A stretch of 57,591 bases of DNA, taken from a virus (Duplodnaviria > Caudoviricetes). Of this stretch, positions 43,701 to 53,672 are shown piece by piece. The stretch lies in the IMG/VR virus record IMGVR_UViG_3300012031_000015, positions 1 to 57,591 of that record. The stretch is one strand, 5' to 3'. A model generated the notes under the pieces. That model saw only the letters and a list, made by a program, of their open reading frames with translations. It made no database searches and was not told where the DNA came from. How positions within the stretch are numbered: position 1 is the stretch's first letter; every line of letters begins with the position of its first letter. A program made the position numbers and the translations under genes.

Positions 43701-46296
43701 GTCTATGCAAGTTAAGACCTAATCCGACAGTTTGTGCAACATTCGCTATATTCGATCCACCTAACGAACTTTTTATTTTAAGTGTGGCCGAATACAAGTC
43801 TCTTCTGTCGGTTACAGAAGCTACTGGAATATCAGTAGATTGACCAGATGCATCTTGTGAAATAGTAGAAGATGATGTAAAATCTACGTACTGAAGCGCA
43901 TTGCTAATACTAACTTGGTTCAAACTCACTACTAGCGTATTTGTATCCACATCCCATGAATAAACATAAGCAGTTGTAGATGCTGCGCCAACTGTTCCTG
44001 ATATCTCTTGACCTACGTTAAAATTCAAATTTGAACCAGTCAGGGTCAATGTTTGATATCTATTTGACGGGTTGACAACTTCTTCTATAAAGAATTCTTC
44101 ATTACCTATAATAAGCTGATGAGTACCTAACGAGGCGCCGTCTATAGTTGCAGTTTCTGTTAGAGCATCGTCTTCGTACAACTTAAAGACGTCCGGAGTT
44201 AATTGTTCAACATAATAGTAAGTATCAGTTATTAATCCAGGAATTTCAGAATTTCCATTTTCTTTGTATTGTACTCTAGTGCCATTAGTAAATCCATGAT
44301 TTACTATATTAAATGTATTTAGAGTTATATCTATAACATTAGCGTCGGGAGTAAAATCAAACGTAGTTAATGAACCTTTAAAGTTGTCTGAAATGTCGTC
44401 GCCGTTAGAGTTAATAAAACGTAGAACAAAGTGTTCAACAAACTCTCTTCCGTATCCTATTACGTCAAAAGTAATAAAGCCGTTAGTCACTCCGTTGTTA
44501 GCAATAAATCCTCTGTCAAAATCAAACGCAGTAGATCTAAAGCCAGAGGAACGAAGTGCGTATGTGCCAAAGTTTGTTGCTGAGTTTGTAATAGATAAGT
44601 AGCCGCCGCTTTGAGCGTACGATCCGTTTTTACAGAAAATCTGAAAACATGATACTACTTGCGAATAGGCTTCGTTAGTAACACGCCATCCTGTGCCGCC
44701 AAATGATAGCATAGTAAATGCGTTTGCAACTATAGATGGATTTTGTCTTGGCTTATCACCCGCCGGTGGATTTTCCACCTCACTTTGAAATTTGGGTACA
44801 TTAGGACTGCGAACTTTCGAGCCGTCGTTGTAAATACCGTTCGCTCCCAAAAACGATATAATAGAGCAATTTTGAATATAGGGAGATGCAGTAACCAGTG
44901 TCTTCTCAAAAGGTATCTCAGGATACTCAAATCTGTTAAAAGTTCTATCATCTAAATCGTCAAATGCAACAGCATAGTTAAATCGGTCTTTTGGACGGCC
45001 TTCTGAGTCCAAAGAATCTCTAAATGTAAATTGAGAGAACAGTACACCATCTCTTATTCTTAAAAAATCACGCAACGGATTAAGAGGACGTAATATACAG
45101 TTTCTTAAAGAGTCGCCTGCAATACTGCAAAAGTCAGGAATTAGTATAGGATTTTGTTCGTAGTATTCCCCGGACGCAACCTGAATAGTTTGTGACGTAA
45201 TTTTATATGCCGGATCTACTACTGTAGCAAGAACACTAATGCCTTGTTCGAGTACGTCAATAGTGATTTGATATAGTTCTGAGAGAGCACTAACTGCCGC
45301 ACTGCCTTGAGACTTAGTTTGATCAGTAACTTGCGTAATCGCTGATTGATATCGATTTCCGGTTTGATCATTTTGTATAACTCGCATTGATAATGTTTGA
45401 AGAACTGTAATTGCATCAGCAGTTTGATCTTCTTGACCATTAATAACAGAGGTTGATCCAGTATAATATCGTTTGGCCGAGAAAACAGACCGTGAGTTAC
45501 CCGTGTACTTTAGATCATAGACTGCTGATTCTACTAAGTACCCGACATCTCTTGAACACGTAGCAGAATTATATGAAAATCCTTCCCACATTGAACCAGG
45601 AGCAGCCGGATCTATCTGTTGTTCTATATAAGCAATTACTTCTGCTTGCAGATACGTATTGTTTGATAATAATAACTCTGTAGCATCTTTAACGCCAACT
45701 GTAGGAGCAACTCTTGGTGAGAATGTATTCTGACTAGCAATCTGTGTAGCACGTTTAATAGTTAATACAGGAGCGTTAATGCCGTCATTGGCATCATTAC
45801 CGGACTTTGCTACTTGTATAGTCTTTGTACCAGGAGACAGCTTGATCCAATCAAGGTTACCTGCTCCGTCAGTCCGCAGTACCTGACCAAACTCTCCAGG
45901 CGTTGGCGGTAAGACAAAATTGTAATCAGTGGTTAAGCCTAGTGGAATCTTTATTTCAATGCCAATTGAGTCAGCATCACCTTCTTTGATAGTGATAGAG
46001 TTTCTGTCTTCAATTATAAGAGGAACTTTAATACTAGTCGCAGCACTTGTTATTTCTTGAACATTCGTTCCATCAGCAATCATTACAATTGTTCCGACTG
46101 CCCCAGATTCATCAATTGCGACAGATGTGTCTTGATCATGTATCTGTTTTGTAATGTCTCTTACTGAGTCGTCAGCTTGCTTGATAAACACTTTGCCGTC
46201 AATAGTGTTTAACGCAATTTGACCTTCTTCTAGGTCTGAAGGTAGCGGAATCTTACCTGATACGTCACTTCTTTTATGTTTTATCTTACTTGCCAT
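40756..46296 (-). CDS. large tail fibre/baseplate-associated virion protein (1846 aa)
   Basis: IKHKRS..LEEGQIALNT fibre N-terminus, VAKSGND beta-helix start, repeated HGFxxG modules, KGGT motif. Confidence 0.75.
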   Translation of the reverse strand: MASKIKHKRSDVSGKIPLPSDLEEGQIALNTIDGKVFIKQADDSVRDITKQIHDQDTSVAIDESGAVGTIVMIADGTNVQEITSAATSIKVPLIIEDRNSITIKEGDADSIGIEIKIPLGLTTDYNFVLPPTPGEFGQVLRTDGAGNLDWIKLSPGTKTIQVAKSGNDANDGINAPVLTIKRATQIASQNTFSPRVAPTVGVKDATELLLSNNTYLQAEVIAYIEQQIDPAAPGSMWEGFSYNSATCSRDVGYLVESAVYDLKYTGNSRSVFSAKRYYTGSTSVINGQEDQTADAITVLQTLSMRVIQNDQTGNRYQSAITQVTDQTKSQGSAAVSALSELYQITIDVLEQGISVLATVVDPAYKITSQTIQVASGEYYEQNPILIPDFCSIAGDSLRNCILRPLNPLRDFLRIRDGVLFSQFTFRDSLDSEGRPKDRFNYAVAFDDLDDRTFNRFEYPEIPFEKTLVTASPYIQNCSIISFLGANGIYNDGSKVRSPNVPKFQSEVENPPAGDKPRQNPSIVANAFTMLSFGGTGWRVTNEAYSQVVSCFQIFCKNGSYAQSGGYLSITNSATNFGTYALRSSGFRSTAFDFDRGFIANNGVTNGFITFDVIGYGREFVEHFVLRFINSNGDDISDNFKGSLTTFDFTPDANVIDITLNTFNIVNHGFTNGTRVQYKENGNSEIPGLITDTYYYVEQLTPDVFKLYEDDALTETATIDGASLGTHQLIIGNEEFFIEEVVNPSNRYQTLTLTGSNLNFNVGQEISGTVGAASTTAYVYSWDVDTNTLVVSLNQVSISNALQYVDFTSSSTISQDASGQSTDIPVASVTDRRDLYSATLKIKSSLGGSNIANVAQTVGLGLNLHRPSIVNSSAHTWEYAGSGTDYNALPSNGGKSIERFEQFEDLPGRVYASGTNELGDFKVGNFIRAENRTGNVIFANRVSIARLDSISLNLSGATISQISTDPGLGDNEPGGASNERLTTQLSQRLFLDNRLGDFLDKRVSTSSVPGAVVQLNSSGQLNVDVIPPTRAFNSYNLSSFEARLELVNDIPPQEVLSGDIVIEAYQQQSIIVDQNITVIKGDKFTQASSGSEGFVREDVIADTVVVLVNVVGEFIQGIANTLEINGVESPAGLYVVTADVNAEFQQNFFLSDDGDSQFLKIDDPESGTALDFTVGASVTSAGSRAQGQITDFVQGLTILINAGALPSGSGYSTSGTYINVPLDSSSGSGVGARADITVSAGEVTIIDLRRGGAGYVVGDTLTVTNDVLIGGRSGGTAFTVEVSATEKRLYVDITGNFIRFTASDTRRDYIADNNAPVLETNNLTSFNSISFDGDAASGEIDYNVSHIIVSSGHGFTDGDPIEYDNNGNASIGGLSQIGIFYVKVINNTSFAVYTRYDLNPAQQVNFTTSQLGTHLFRKRTVSLSANRIVVNNHGFKVGDPVRIVGADLPDGLVSGNFYYVGAPTTNSFTLHNDRGFAVQSINGIVQSEESLTVSPGTGTATFTLQNVEITGTTDTSSRELDNYSSLSATNVDAANIVSGTISTSRLASGVANTSTFLRGDSSWVEAVSTIRINPDSPLNLVGNSNTVGSDNRYYGDLRLEILPTSSAAGNVDYTNVGVSAFNKSQFTVSPQGEVDITSSADGGTLDAATLGGSPSSFFINPENLNRAVPVNKGGTNIQSYIAGDIIFAAAELSTNTDSMSRLPIGVANTILTSINGSPAWSNSITANNIEVTDSFQVKDFSLDSETTTASSTSPQTVATFLGSQFRSAKMIVQVTNNSTGDYQAQEILVVHDSGVRADFVEYAIIHTSADPLASFTAIYSGGSVSLLATAATAASHTYKVVKTMITI

Positions 46297-47322
46297 TTAA
46301 TATGTTCCTTCGTCAATGGTGTCTGTCCAAACTGGGATACCTGCACTATTAACTGTTAATATTTCAAAAGATGATGATGCATTGTTAGTGCCTGCTGCAT
46401 CAGTAACATTAAGAGGATCAGTTCCGTTTCCGTATAACATGCCGTTCAACGTGAGAGTGCGTTTTCCTGTACCGCCTTGTGATACTGCCAGCGCATTTGC
46501 TATGCTGAGGTTGCCGTTAATTAAAACGCTGCCTTCTGCACCTACAGGTGAAGGATCAATTATCAACTGTCCATTAGTTGTTGATATTCGGTTAACATTG
46601 GTATTTAGAAAAACAAAACCGTTTTGATCAAATCTTGCAATCAGTCTTCCGCCTGTTGTAAACTCTAGTTGATCATTGTCTTGGCCTGGCGTAGTTTCGG
46701 CAGCAATAAAAGTATCACCGTCTGCGTCTATAACACCACCACCGCCACCACCACCTTGAGAAAGCTGATAGTTAACGATGTCAATTACTGCTCTAGTGTT
46801 TGGCAGACTGTCCTCAAGACCGTCCTTTAAAATAGAACCATTAACAGGAACTACAGAACCGCCTGAATAGTTAAGAATATTTCTTTCGTAGTTAATTGTG
46901 CCGTTGACACTGACTATACCTGTGCCGCTACCTATTAAAAACAAATCACCGCCACCAGTGGTTACAGCATTGGTTCTAATGCCTTTTGTTGCGCCACCGT
47001 CTACCTTAAAGACAAATTGCCCTGGTGATAGAGTATTAACAAGATCCGGAAGGTTCTCATCGTAAACAAGGAATGCATCTGGTCTAGTGCCTCGATCAAT
47101 TCTTAGACCTGCTTCATCTAGTGTAATCCCATCGCCTTGCTCTCCTGAGTTTACAACTATAATATTATCACTCACAGCCAGCTCAGTAGACGTAATTGTT
47201 GTTAGGTCACCTTGCACTGTCAAGTCACCAGAGATTATTACACTACTGCTGTCCAGAGTGATGTTTCCATCTGGTGTCTTTATGTAGTAATCACCATTGA
47301 GTATGTTTAGATACTTTGACAT
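46297..47322 (-). CDS. virion structural/fibre-associated protein
   Basis: GDLTVQG, DNIIVVN..AGLRIDRG, DADGDT, QGGTG, IDEGTY. Confidence 0.7.
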   Translation of the reverse strand: MSKYLNILNGDYYIKTPDGNITLDSSSVIISGDLTVQGDLTTITSTELAVSDNIIVVNSGEQGDGITLDEAGLRIDRGTRPDAFLVYDENLPDLVNTLSPGQFVFKVDGGATKGIRTNAVTTGGGDLFLIGSGTGIVSVNGTINYERNILNYSGGSVVPVNGSILKDGLEDSLPNTRAVIDIVNYQLSQGGGGGGGVIDADGDTFIAAETTPGQDNDQLEFTTGGRLIARFDQNGFVFLNTNVNRISTTNGQLIIDPSPVGAEGSVLINGNLSIANALAVSQGGTGKRTLTLNGMLYGNGTDPLNVTDAAGTNNASSSFEILTVNSAGIPVWTDTIDEGTY

Positions 47323-47355
47323 TTATTAGTTCCTAGCTGTGAGAGTTTTCTACGT

Positions 47356-47787
47356 TTAGATTAAAGTTAAGACCAACACGTTTTGGGTAGTAAAGATGAG
47401 GTCCTCACCTTCCTCTTGTGTAGTAATGTCGTCAATAGTCCATGTGTATCGATTGTTATCAAAGTCAGTGCATGTACGATTATACATCTTTCGAATTCTA
47501 ATAGCAGCAGTTTCGGTGTCTCCTGCAATGTAGCCCTCAAGCACCATTTCATTGTCGCCGGGATTAGCTTTGTTTACCAGCAAACATATTCCGGTATTTC
47601 CGCTGCCATCAGGATTATCATTAACTCTAAATCGTGTTTCACTACGTTGAGATAATACAATGCCGTCATCAGCAGCAGTATTAGCACCAACTTTTACAAT
47701 GGCAGTGAGCCTTTCTTCGTTCTCTATGCCAGTAGTAGGGTCAGTTGCAGTTCTACCTAAATATCTCTTATTAATTGGACGTCCCAT
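47356..47787 (-). CDS. hypothetical late protein (MGRPINKRYLG)
   Basis: AAGGAG RBS; TAAATA at 47877-47882. Confidence 0.7.
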   Translation of the reverse strand: MGRPINKRYLGRTATDPTTGIENEERLTAIVKVGANTAADDGIVLSQRSETRFRVNDNPDGSGNTGICLLVNKANPGDNEMVLEGYIAGDTETAAIRIRKMYNRTCTDFDNNRYTWTIDDITTQEEGEDLIFTTQNVLVLTLI

Positions 47788-47883
47788 TTGTTTTCTCCTT
47801 GGTTACGTTCTAAGTAATACGCGGTGGGTCACTTCCGCATAAGTCCACTATTGCGTGGCACGATTAAAGACACAAGTATTTAT

Positions 47884-49386
47884 CTATTCGCAGTGCCATA
47901 CGTACAAGTTGTTTCCACAATCGCCTATCCTGTACCACTTAATTGAAGCTGCTAGCTCTTCTTCGGTATTTCCCACTGCGTCAGGATTTTCAAGCAATTT
48001 AGATTTAGTAAAGTTTGACCGATGCAATCGCGTTGTGAAATTTGTATAACAGTAGCCTTGCTGAGTAGACTTAAGAAATGTCATTCCTATGGCTGAATAC
48101 AGTTCCCCTGTGCCCCACCTCATGTCACAATAACTGATAACACTAGACGGAGCATACATTCTTATAAAATGTCTAAACAGTTTGCTTGCGCCACCTACAA
48201 CTGTTCCTAGACTAGCATATCGAATGATCTCATATTCATATGTTTTATTATAACGCGGCTTTCCAAAACTCATTAATGCAACGATACCTGTATCGTCACA
48301 CAGTGCTATATTGATACTAGCAGAGCAATATCCCTGTATGTGAGTGTTATTCAAAAATTCTCTAGCTTGGGAACCAGTAACAAGTTTAACAGATAATTTT
48401 CTAGCATATAATTTTTCTGATTTACCCAGGATATTCTCTAAGCGAGACTTAACTATGTGTTGCTTGTTTACCCATTCGTCTTCAAAAATAGTAATTAACC
48501 TATACCCTTGTTGATTAGTTTTAATCATTTTATCATAGTGATACTTAATAGATTTCTTATATAACGAACTGTGCCAGTATAAACCACAATATTCAATTGC
48601 TATTTTAAGTTCTGGAATAACAATGTCTAGCTCAAACGGATTAATTATGGTCTTATTAGATTGTTCTACTACTAGATCTGGTCGCAAATCTTGCACGTAC
48701 TCTTTAAGTGTTGTTTCTGCTTGACTGACATAACTGGGGATGGTAGGATTGCACTTCTTGCAAATTGGCACATTACCGTTGTCTAAGTAAGTTGAGAATA
48801 AAAAGTCACATAATTTGCATTGGAACTGATAATATGCTTGGTTACTAACTCCCATATACTCATGCACTGGTGTTAACAATTCAACATCTGTTTTATTTAC
48901 ACGCTGCTTTATTTTAAAGTAACTTTGCTCGATCAATGTACTTTTCTTTACTAGTTGTTTTTTAGTAGCAGCATAAAAGTCCTGATGTTTTTGTCGAGCA
49001 TCAGCAGTCTGTCCTACGTTATACACCCCGTATTTTTTTAAATTAGTAGTTGCTCGCTTGGTATTAATTTCTTGTTTAGTTTTTGCAGAGTAAGATTTTT
49101 TTGATAATGCTACTGATTCTGACACATGTTGTCTAGCACACTTACACTGGCTTGATACCGCACAAAAGCCGTATCCAGTAGTGATTGACTTAAACTTTTT
49201 GAAGTTACCGTTATCGCATGTTGTTGATGTTATACAATGTACACTGTCGTATATACGTTGAGAAAAGTTTGAAGACTGAGATGAATTTTCACAAACCCAT
49301 TCACTTAGCACAGCATTGTTTTTTATCTTCTTACTAACGCTTTTTGGATTAGTAGAGTTTATAATTTCTATTATAGTATTTTTCAT
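47884..49386 (-). CDS. Hef-like putative homing endonuclease
   Basis: KYGV repeat, ELDIVIP..IAIEYCGLYWHS, IFEDEW, YARKL, GGASKL, SYCDMRW, RIGDCG; start re-placed to MKNTII. Confidence 0.8.
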   Translation of the reverse strand: MKNTIIEIINSTNPKSVSKKIKNNAVLSEWVCENSSQSSNFSQRIYDSVHCITSTTCDNGNFKKFKSITTGYGFCAVSSQCKCARQHVSESVALSKKSYSAKTKQEINTKRATTNLKKYGVYNVGQTADARQKHQDFYAATKKQLVKKSTLIEQSYFKIKQRVNKTDVELLTPVHEYMGVSNQAYYQFQCKLCDFLFSTYLDNGNVPICKKCNPTIPSYVSQAETTLKEYVQDLRPDLVVEQSNKTIINPFELDIVIPELKIAIEYCGLYWHSSLYKKSIKYHYDKMIKTNQQGYRLITIFEDEWVNKQHIVKSRLENILGKSEKLYARKLSVKLVTGSQAREFLNNTHIQGYCSASINIALCDDTGIVALMSFGKPRYNKTYEYEIIRYASLGTVVGGASKLFRHFIRMYAPSSVISYCDMRWGTGELYSAIGMTFLKSTQQGYCYTNFTTRLHRSNFTKSKLLENPDAVGNTEEELAASIKWYRIGDCGNNLYVWHCE

Positions 49387-49441
49387 ATAGATACTTATAC
49401 ATTTGAACTCATAATCAATTAAGTTGTGGCTTATGTTAGAT

Positions 49442-49469
49442 GTGAAAATAGGCCCCGAAGGGCCTATTT
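49442..49469 (-). terminator. terminator, exact copy of 51316-51343
   Basis: GTGAAAATAGGCCCCGAAGGGCCTATTT; TTCG loop on the minus strand. Confidence 0.8.
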
Positions 49470-51251
49470 TGTCTTTATCCAGCGAACTTTTCCACAATCC
49501 CATATTCTGTCCCACTTGAGACTGCGTATCAATTCTAGCTCAGTTTTGTTTCCGACATCAACTCCAAACCTAGCAGCAATCCTGGCCTTACGCCATTTAA
49601 ACTTGTGCTCTCGTATATGGTAGTTGGTAACGGCGTAGTCAGGAGCTAAATGTTTGTCCAGTGTAAAACCGTTCTTTTGATAAACGTTGCCCTTGCTCCA
49701 TCTGTTGTCACTAAAGCTATATATCTCGTTGTGTTTGTAATTTCTTTCAAAGTAAGCAAGCATCTTCGAGAACAGTCCATTTCGCATTTTCTGGTCACTG
49801 GCAAATCTGTTTAGTTCCCATGAACCTGTGTTTCTTTGTATAAATGACATAACTCCCACCAGCTGATCTTTTTCAAATGCCCCAAGATAAACTGAACTAT
49901 TTACTGCGCCCTGTAGATGATAATGGGCTAAAAAAGCTCGAGCAGTGATGTGATCCACACTGCACACTGACAGCTTTCGTCCTGCTGCTCCGCGTTGACC
50001 TAGACCTAATGATATCATTAGCTTGTTTTTGATAATCTCTTTAGAAGTGTTCCACTCGTCTTCGAATATAGTAAACAGCTGAATATTCTGCGCTGCACAG
50101 TTAACGAACTTATTGTAATGATATTTGCTGTCTATTTTTAATTGCTGGCCATAAAAGCTGTTTTCGCTGTGAGTATATAGGCCGTTAAATTCAATTGCAA
50201 TAGTATCATTAATTAAGAAGTCCACTGTTTTAGAACATAGCTTATAGTTTCTAATATAGCTAACACCCTGCTGACTTAGCCAATATGCAATTTCTTCTTC
50301 GTATTGACTTCTAACACTGCGAGAATAAAAGTCAAATTCATATCGGTCGTGCCTATTCCAAATAATAGTTTCACTTACGCCCAGTATCTCTGTTAACTCC
50401 TTGAGGCTGTGACGGTCACACAACTTAAATAACTGTTCGCGGTCTTCTAGGATCTTATATGAGTCAGCCGGAATATGTAGCTGTGCAGGGTTAGCCACCT
50501 TGTGATTCTTTAAAAGAGTATTTTTTGCTCTAGCTACTACTTCGGCGCTTTGCATAGGATGTTGAACATTATATCTTTCTTCAATACGTTGCTTTATCTT
50601 TGCTTGATTCACTACAAACGGGTTTTGATTATCATGCTGGTCTAGGTAGGTCTGTCTAGCACCCTTCATAAAGTCATTACCATATCTAGTTCTACTGGTA
50701 TTGTGCGCTTTGTCTATTACGGCGTGACTTTGAAACGGATACTCTACACCTAACTTGTCTAGGTTTATTTGTTTAATACGCTGTTGTACATCAGCATTGG
50801 CTAGTGGACTTGTTGCTCCGTATCTTTCTAGATTAGTCTTTTCTTGTTTGGCTTTTATTTCAGGCACATGCATAGCATTGTCTACGCCATAACGTCGCTG
50901 CATGGTTGCTTTAGCACGCTGCCCTGTCTGAGATTTTACTTGGGCACTTGAAGTATTATGATAGTCAGTCAGCACAGTACTTTGATGTGTTTGACTACAC
51001 TCACAACTGCTTTTTGGACCACAGAATTCTCGGTAACCTTTATTGTATGACGAAAAACTTGGATGTTTACCACAGGGTTTACTCTTGGGTAAAGAGACTA
51101 AAACAATATATAATTGTTCATTCACACTCTTAGTAGGATACTCTGCTGTTTGTACACTTAACCATTCTAGTATGTCCGGGTACTTTTTTAATAAACGAGC
51201 ATAACTCTTAGTTGAGTATCCTTCAATTATCGAACGTATCTTATCTATCAT
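49464..51251 (-). CDS. Hef-like putative homing endonuclease
   Basis: Multiple RYG(V/A) repeats, VDFL..IAIEFNGLYTHS, IFEDEW, WELNRFAS, SFSDNRW, RIWDCG. Confidence 0.82.
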   Translation of the reverse strand: MIDKIRSIIEGYSTKSYARLLKKYPDILEWLSVQTAEYPTKSVNEQLYIVLVSLPKSKPCGKHPSFSSYNKGYREFCGPKSSCECSQTHQSTVLTDYHNTSSAQVKSQTGQRAKATMQRRYGVDNAMHVPEIKAKQEKTNLERYGATSPLANADVQQRIKQINLDKLGVEYPFQSHAVIDKAHNTSRTRYGNDFMKGARQTYLDQHDNQNPFVVNQAKIKQRIEERYNVQHPMQSAEVVARAKNTLLKNHKVANPAQLHIPADSYKILEDREQLFKLCDRHSLKELTEILGVSETIIWNRHDRYEFDFYSRSVRSQYEEEIAYWLSQQGVSYIRNYKLCSKTVDFLINDTIAIEFNGLYTHSENSFYGQQLKIDSKYHYNKFVNCAAQNIQLFTIFEDEWNTSKEIIKNKLMISLGLGQRGAAGRKLSVCSVDHITARAFLAHYHLQGAVNSSVYLGAFEKDQLVGVMSFIQRNTGSWELNRFASDQKMRNGLFSKMLAYFERNYKHNEIYSFSDNRWSKGNVYQKNGFTLDKHLAPDYAVTNYHIREHKFKWRKARIAARFGVDVGNKTELELIRSLKWDRIWDCGKVRWIKTK

Positions 51252-51277
51252 TAACTCCTCCGAGATCTTTGTTTACT

Positions 51278-51306
51278 ATTATACACGATAAGGATTAAAG
51301 ATGCAA
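51278..51306 (-). promoter_or_regulatory. sigma70-type promoter of the endonuclease
   Basis: TTGCAT-N17-TATAAT, then GGAGGAG RBS. Confidence 0.7.
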
Positions 51307-51315
51307 TCAGCAGTG

Positions 51316-51343
51316 GTGAAAATAGGCCCCGAAGGGCCTATTT
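51316..51343 (-). terminator. terminator after major capsid gene
   Basis: GC-rich stem with TTCG loop and T-tract. Confidence 0.85.
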
Positions 51344-51370
51344 ATTTTCTTTTTACTTAGAACTTAGTGA

Positions 51371-52543
51371 TTAGCTAAAGCTAACGTTACTGTTAACAAT
51401 ACCAACTTGTCCCAAATAATCACTCGCGTTACCAAGAGATGACGCAGTGTTGCTTAGCTCTACATAACCGTAACGTGTCATGAACGATACAGTTGGTTCG
51501 AACGTGCTTGGATCAAGCACAACACCTGAGCTCATTAGCGGAATGTATGGGCAATAGAACGCTGCCGCATCTGATTCGCTTGAACCTTTGTAACCAATTA
51601 GTACTGGTGCGTTGTCAGATGCATAGGTGTTAACATATACCTTCATAGCGTTGTTCAAAGTACCAACCATCTTGGTGTTAGTTGGGGCTTCAAAAGTACC
51701 TTCTGTAGTACGAGCAAACGCACTAGTAGTAGCACTTTGTATAATGGTCAATGCAAACGGACTAACTACAGCCCAGTTACCTGAACCACGACGTGTACGC
51801 TGAGCAATCAAGTTACTCACGCGGTTGATCTGAACAGCCAGTGCAGCGTGCTCGTCACCTACGAAAGTAGCAGTACCACTTACAGCAGCTTGGTCGTAGG
51901 TTTCATACGTACCAGCTAGGCTTCTAAGTGAAATAAGTACTTCTTGATCGATTTCAGCAGTAATTTCTTGTGCAAGAGCAGCCATAATTTCTGCTTCTAC
52001 ATCAATACCATGCTGCGACTGTGCATCCTGTGCTGATTCAAAAGTCCAACGTGCACTCAACTTACGAGTTTTCGCTTCAACTGTTTGCTTCAAGATCTGA
52101 ATGCTTAGACGGTTACCAGCGGTACCTTCAAGTCCTGCTGTAGGTGCTGCTTTACCACTAGTGGTATTACCTGAGTATGCTTCTGCAATCTTAAACGGGC
52201 TCAGTGCTTCTTCACCAGCTACTGCACCGCTTGCGTCTGAGCCTGCTGTGTCGCTGTAGCGAACACGCAAGGTGTGAATCTGACCAACTGGACCGGTCAT
52301 TGGCTGAACGCCAACCAACTCGTTTGCAATTACTGTTGGCATTACACGACGAATAACTGGTAAAATAACACGGTTAAGTGTTGCAACGTTACCAGCAGAG
52401 GTAGCACCTGCTGTTGCTGATTCCGAAAGATACCTACGAGTATTTTCCAGTGTGGTGGCCATTACAGATTTTTTATTACCTTGTAGGCCTTCTAGCAGGG
52501 CGTTTTTCGTGTCGTGCCAGCGACTTTCTAATAGTTCTGACAT
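51371..52543 (-). CDS. gp23: major capsid protein
   Basis: GVQPMTGPVGQI, VEAKTRKLSARWT, EITAEIDQE, AFYCPYIPL, FMTRYG. Confidence 0.97.
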   Translation of the reverse strand: MSELLESRWHDTKNALLEGLQGNKKSVMATTLENTRRYLSESATAGATSAGNVATLNRVILPVIRRVMPTVIANELVGVQPMTGPVGQIHTLRVRYSDTAGSDASGAVAGEEALSPFKIAEAYSGNTTSGKAAPTAGLEGTAGNRLSIQILKQTVEAKTRKLSARWTFESAQDAQSQHGIDVEAEIMAALAQEITAEIDQEVLISLRSLAGTYETYDQAAVSGTATFVGDEHAALAVQINRVSNLIAQRTRRGSGNWAVVSPFALTIIQSATTSAFARTTEGTFEAPTNTKMVGTLNNAMKVYVNTYASDNAPVLIGYKGSSESDAAAFYCPYIPLMSSGVVLDPSTFEPTVSFMTRYGYVELSNTASSLGNASDYLGQVGIVNSNVSFS

Positions 52544-52557
52544 AATTGTCTCCTTGA

Positions 52558-53658
52558 TTATAATCCAGCTAGACGGCGTAAGTCAATTACGTTGGTGTCT
52601 GCTTTCGAACTAGCATTATAGGCCTGCGAATTCTGTTCGCGGTTACCTGTTACTTCTTTGCCTTCTGATAAAACTGTTTTCTGCTTTACAGGACTGCGGC
52701 TATTGATTACTGCCGGTAAGTACTTGTCAAATGCAGATTTCAGTCTATTTGTTTGCACTGTTTCCAGTAGGTCTGTCATAATTTCGCGTTGGTCTTTATT
52801 TAATGGGCCAACTAAATCATTAACTGTTTTTGCTCTTGATGTTGATTCTACCAAGCGGTTCTTCTCATTCTTAGTAGCTTCAGCAATCTGAATTGCTCTT
52901 TTAGCAGTGACTTTTGCTTCTAGAAGTTGCTTGTCTTTAATAGCAAGTACTTTCATTAGCTTAGAAGTTTCTGAACTTTCATTCAAGTAAGAAATTCCGT
53001 ATTCTGCTGCAAATGCTTCGAAGATCTTGCGACCGAAGTCATTCTTACGTGCGAAGTCAATATCTTCTTTCAGTGCCTTGATTTCTTTATTAAGTCCTCT
53101 TGATACTGTTTCAGTTATTGCCTTTGTGCCTCTTTCAATAAAGCTGGTTTTAACTTTACTGAAGTGTGCTTTAGCTTCTCTTACCAAACGAACTTTGGTT
53201 TCAGCTAAGTCATTCTTATCTTCATAAAATTCTGCAATTTCATTTGACAAGGCGTCTACTACGAACTCTTCAAGCCTTGCGTTTTGTTCACGCATTTTTA
53301 GTTTGTCTGTGCGTAGTTCTTTGATTTCTCGTTGTAATTGTTCTACAACAAAGCCTTTTAAAAGTTTTGCATTATCACGCATAGCAACTGAATACTTTGC
53401 TTTTGCTTCTGCTAGCTGTTTACGGTCTTCTGAAAACTCAGCAATTTCTTCTGCAAGTCTTTCTGAAAGCATCGAGTCGATTGCTTCAACCATAGTTGAC
53501 TTATCGTGCTCGTATTTCTGTGCAAATTCTTCACGCAGTTCTGATACTGCTGCGTGCTTGTTTTCTGCAATCCTTGCTTCCCAGGCTTCTTCAATCTGTG
53601 CCCTGACCTCTGACGATACTGCGTCATTTTCAAAGAGTGTTTTCAGTGCATCTATCAT
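52558..53658 (-). CDS. gp22: prohead core scaffold protein
   Basis: Coiled coil between protease and MCP; FGRKIFEAF. Confidence 0.8.
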   Translation of the reverse strand: MIDALKTLFENDAVSSEVRAQIEEAWEARIAENKHAAVSELREEFAQKYEHDKSTMVEAIDSMLSERLAEEIAEFSEDRKQLAEAKAKYSVAMRDNAKLLKGFVVEQLQREIKELRTDKLKMREQNARLEEFVVDALSNEIAEFYEDKNDLAETKVRLVREAKAHFSKVKTSFIERGTKAITETVSRGLNKEIKALKEDIDFARKNDFGRKIFEAFAAEYGISYLNESSETSKLMKVLAIKDKQLLEAKVTAKRAIQIAEATKNEKNRLVESTSRAKTVNDLVGPLNKDQREIMTDLLETVQTNRLKSAFDKYLPAVINSRSPVKQKTVLSEGKEVTGNREQNSQAYNASSKADTNVIDLRRLAGL

Positions 53659-53672
53659 TTTGTTCTCCCAGT

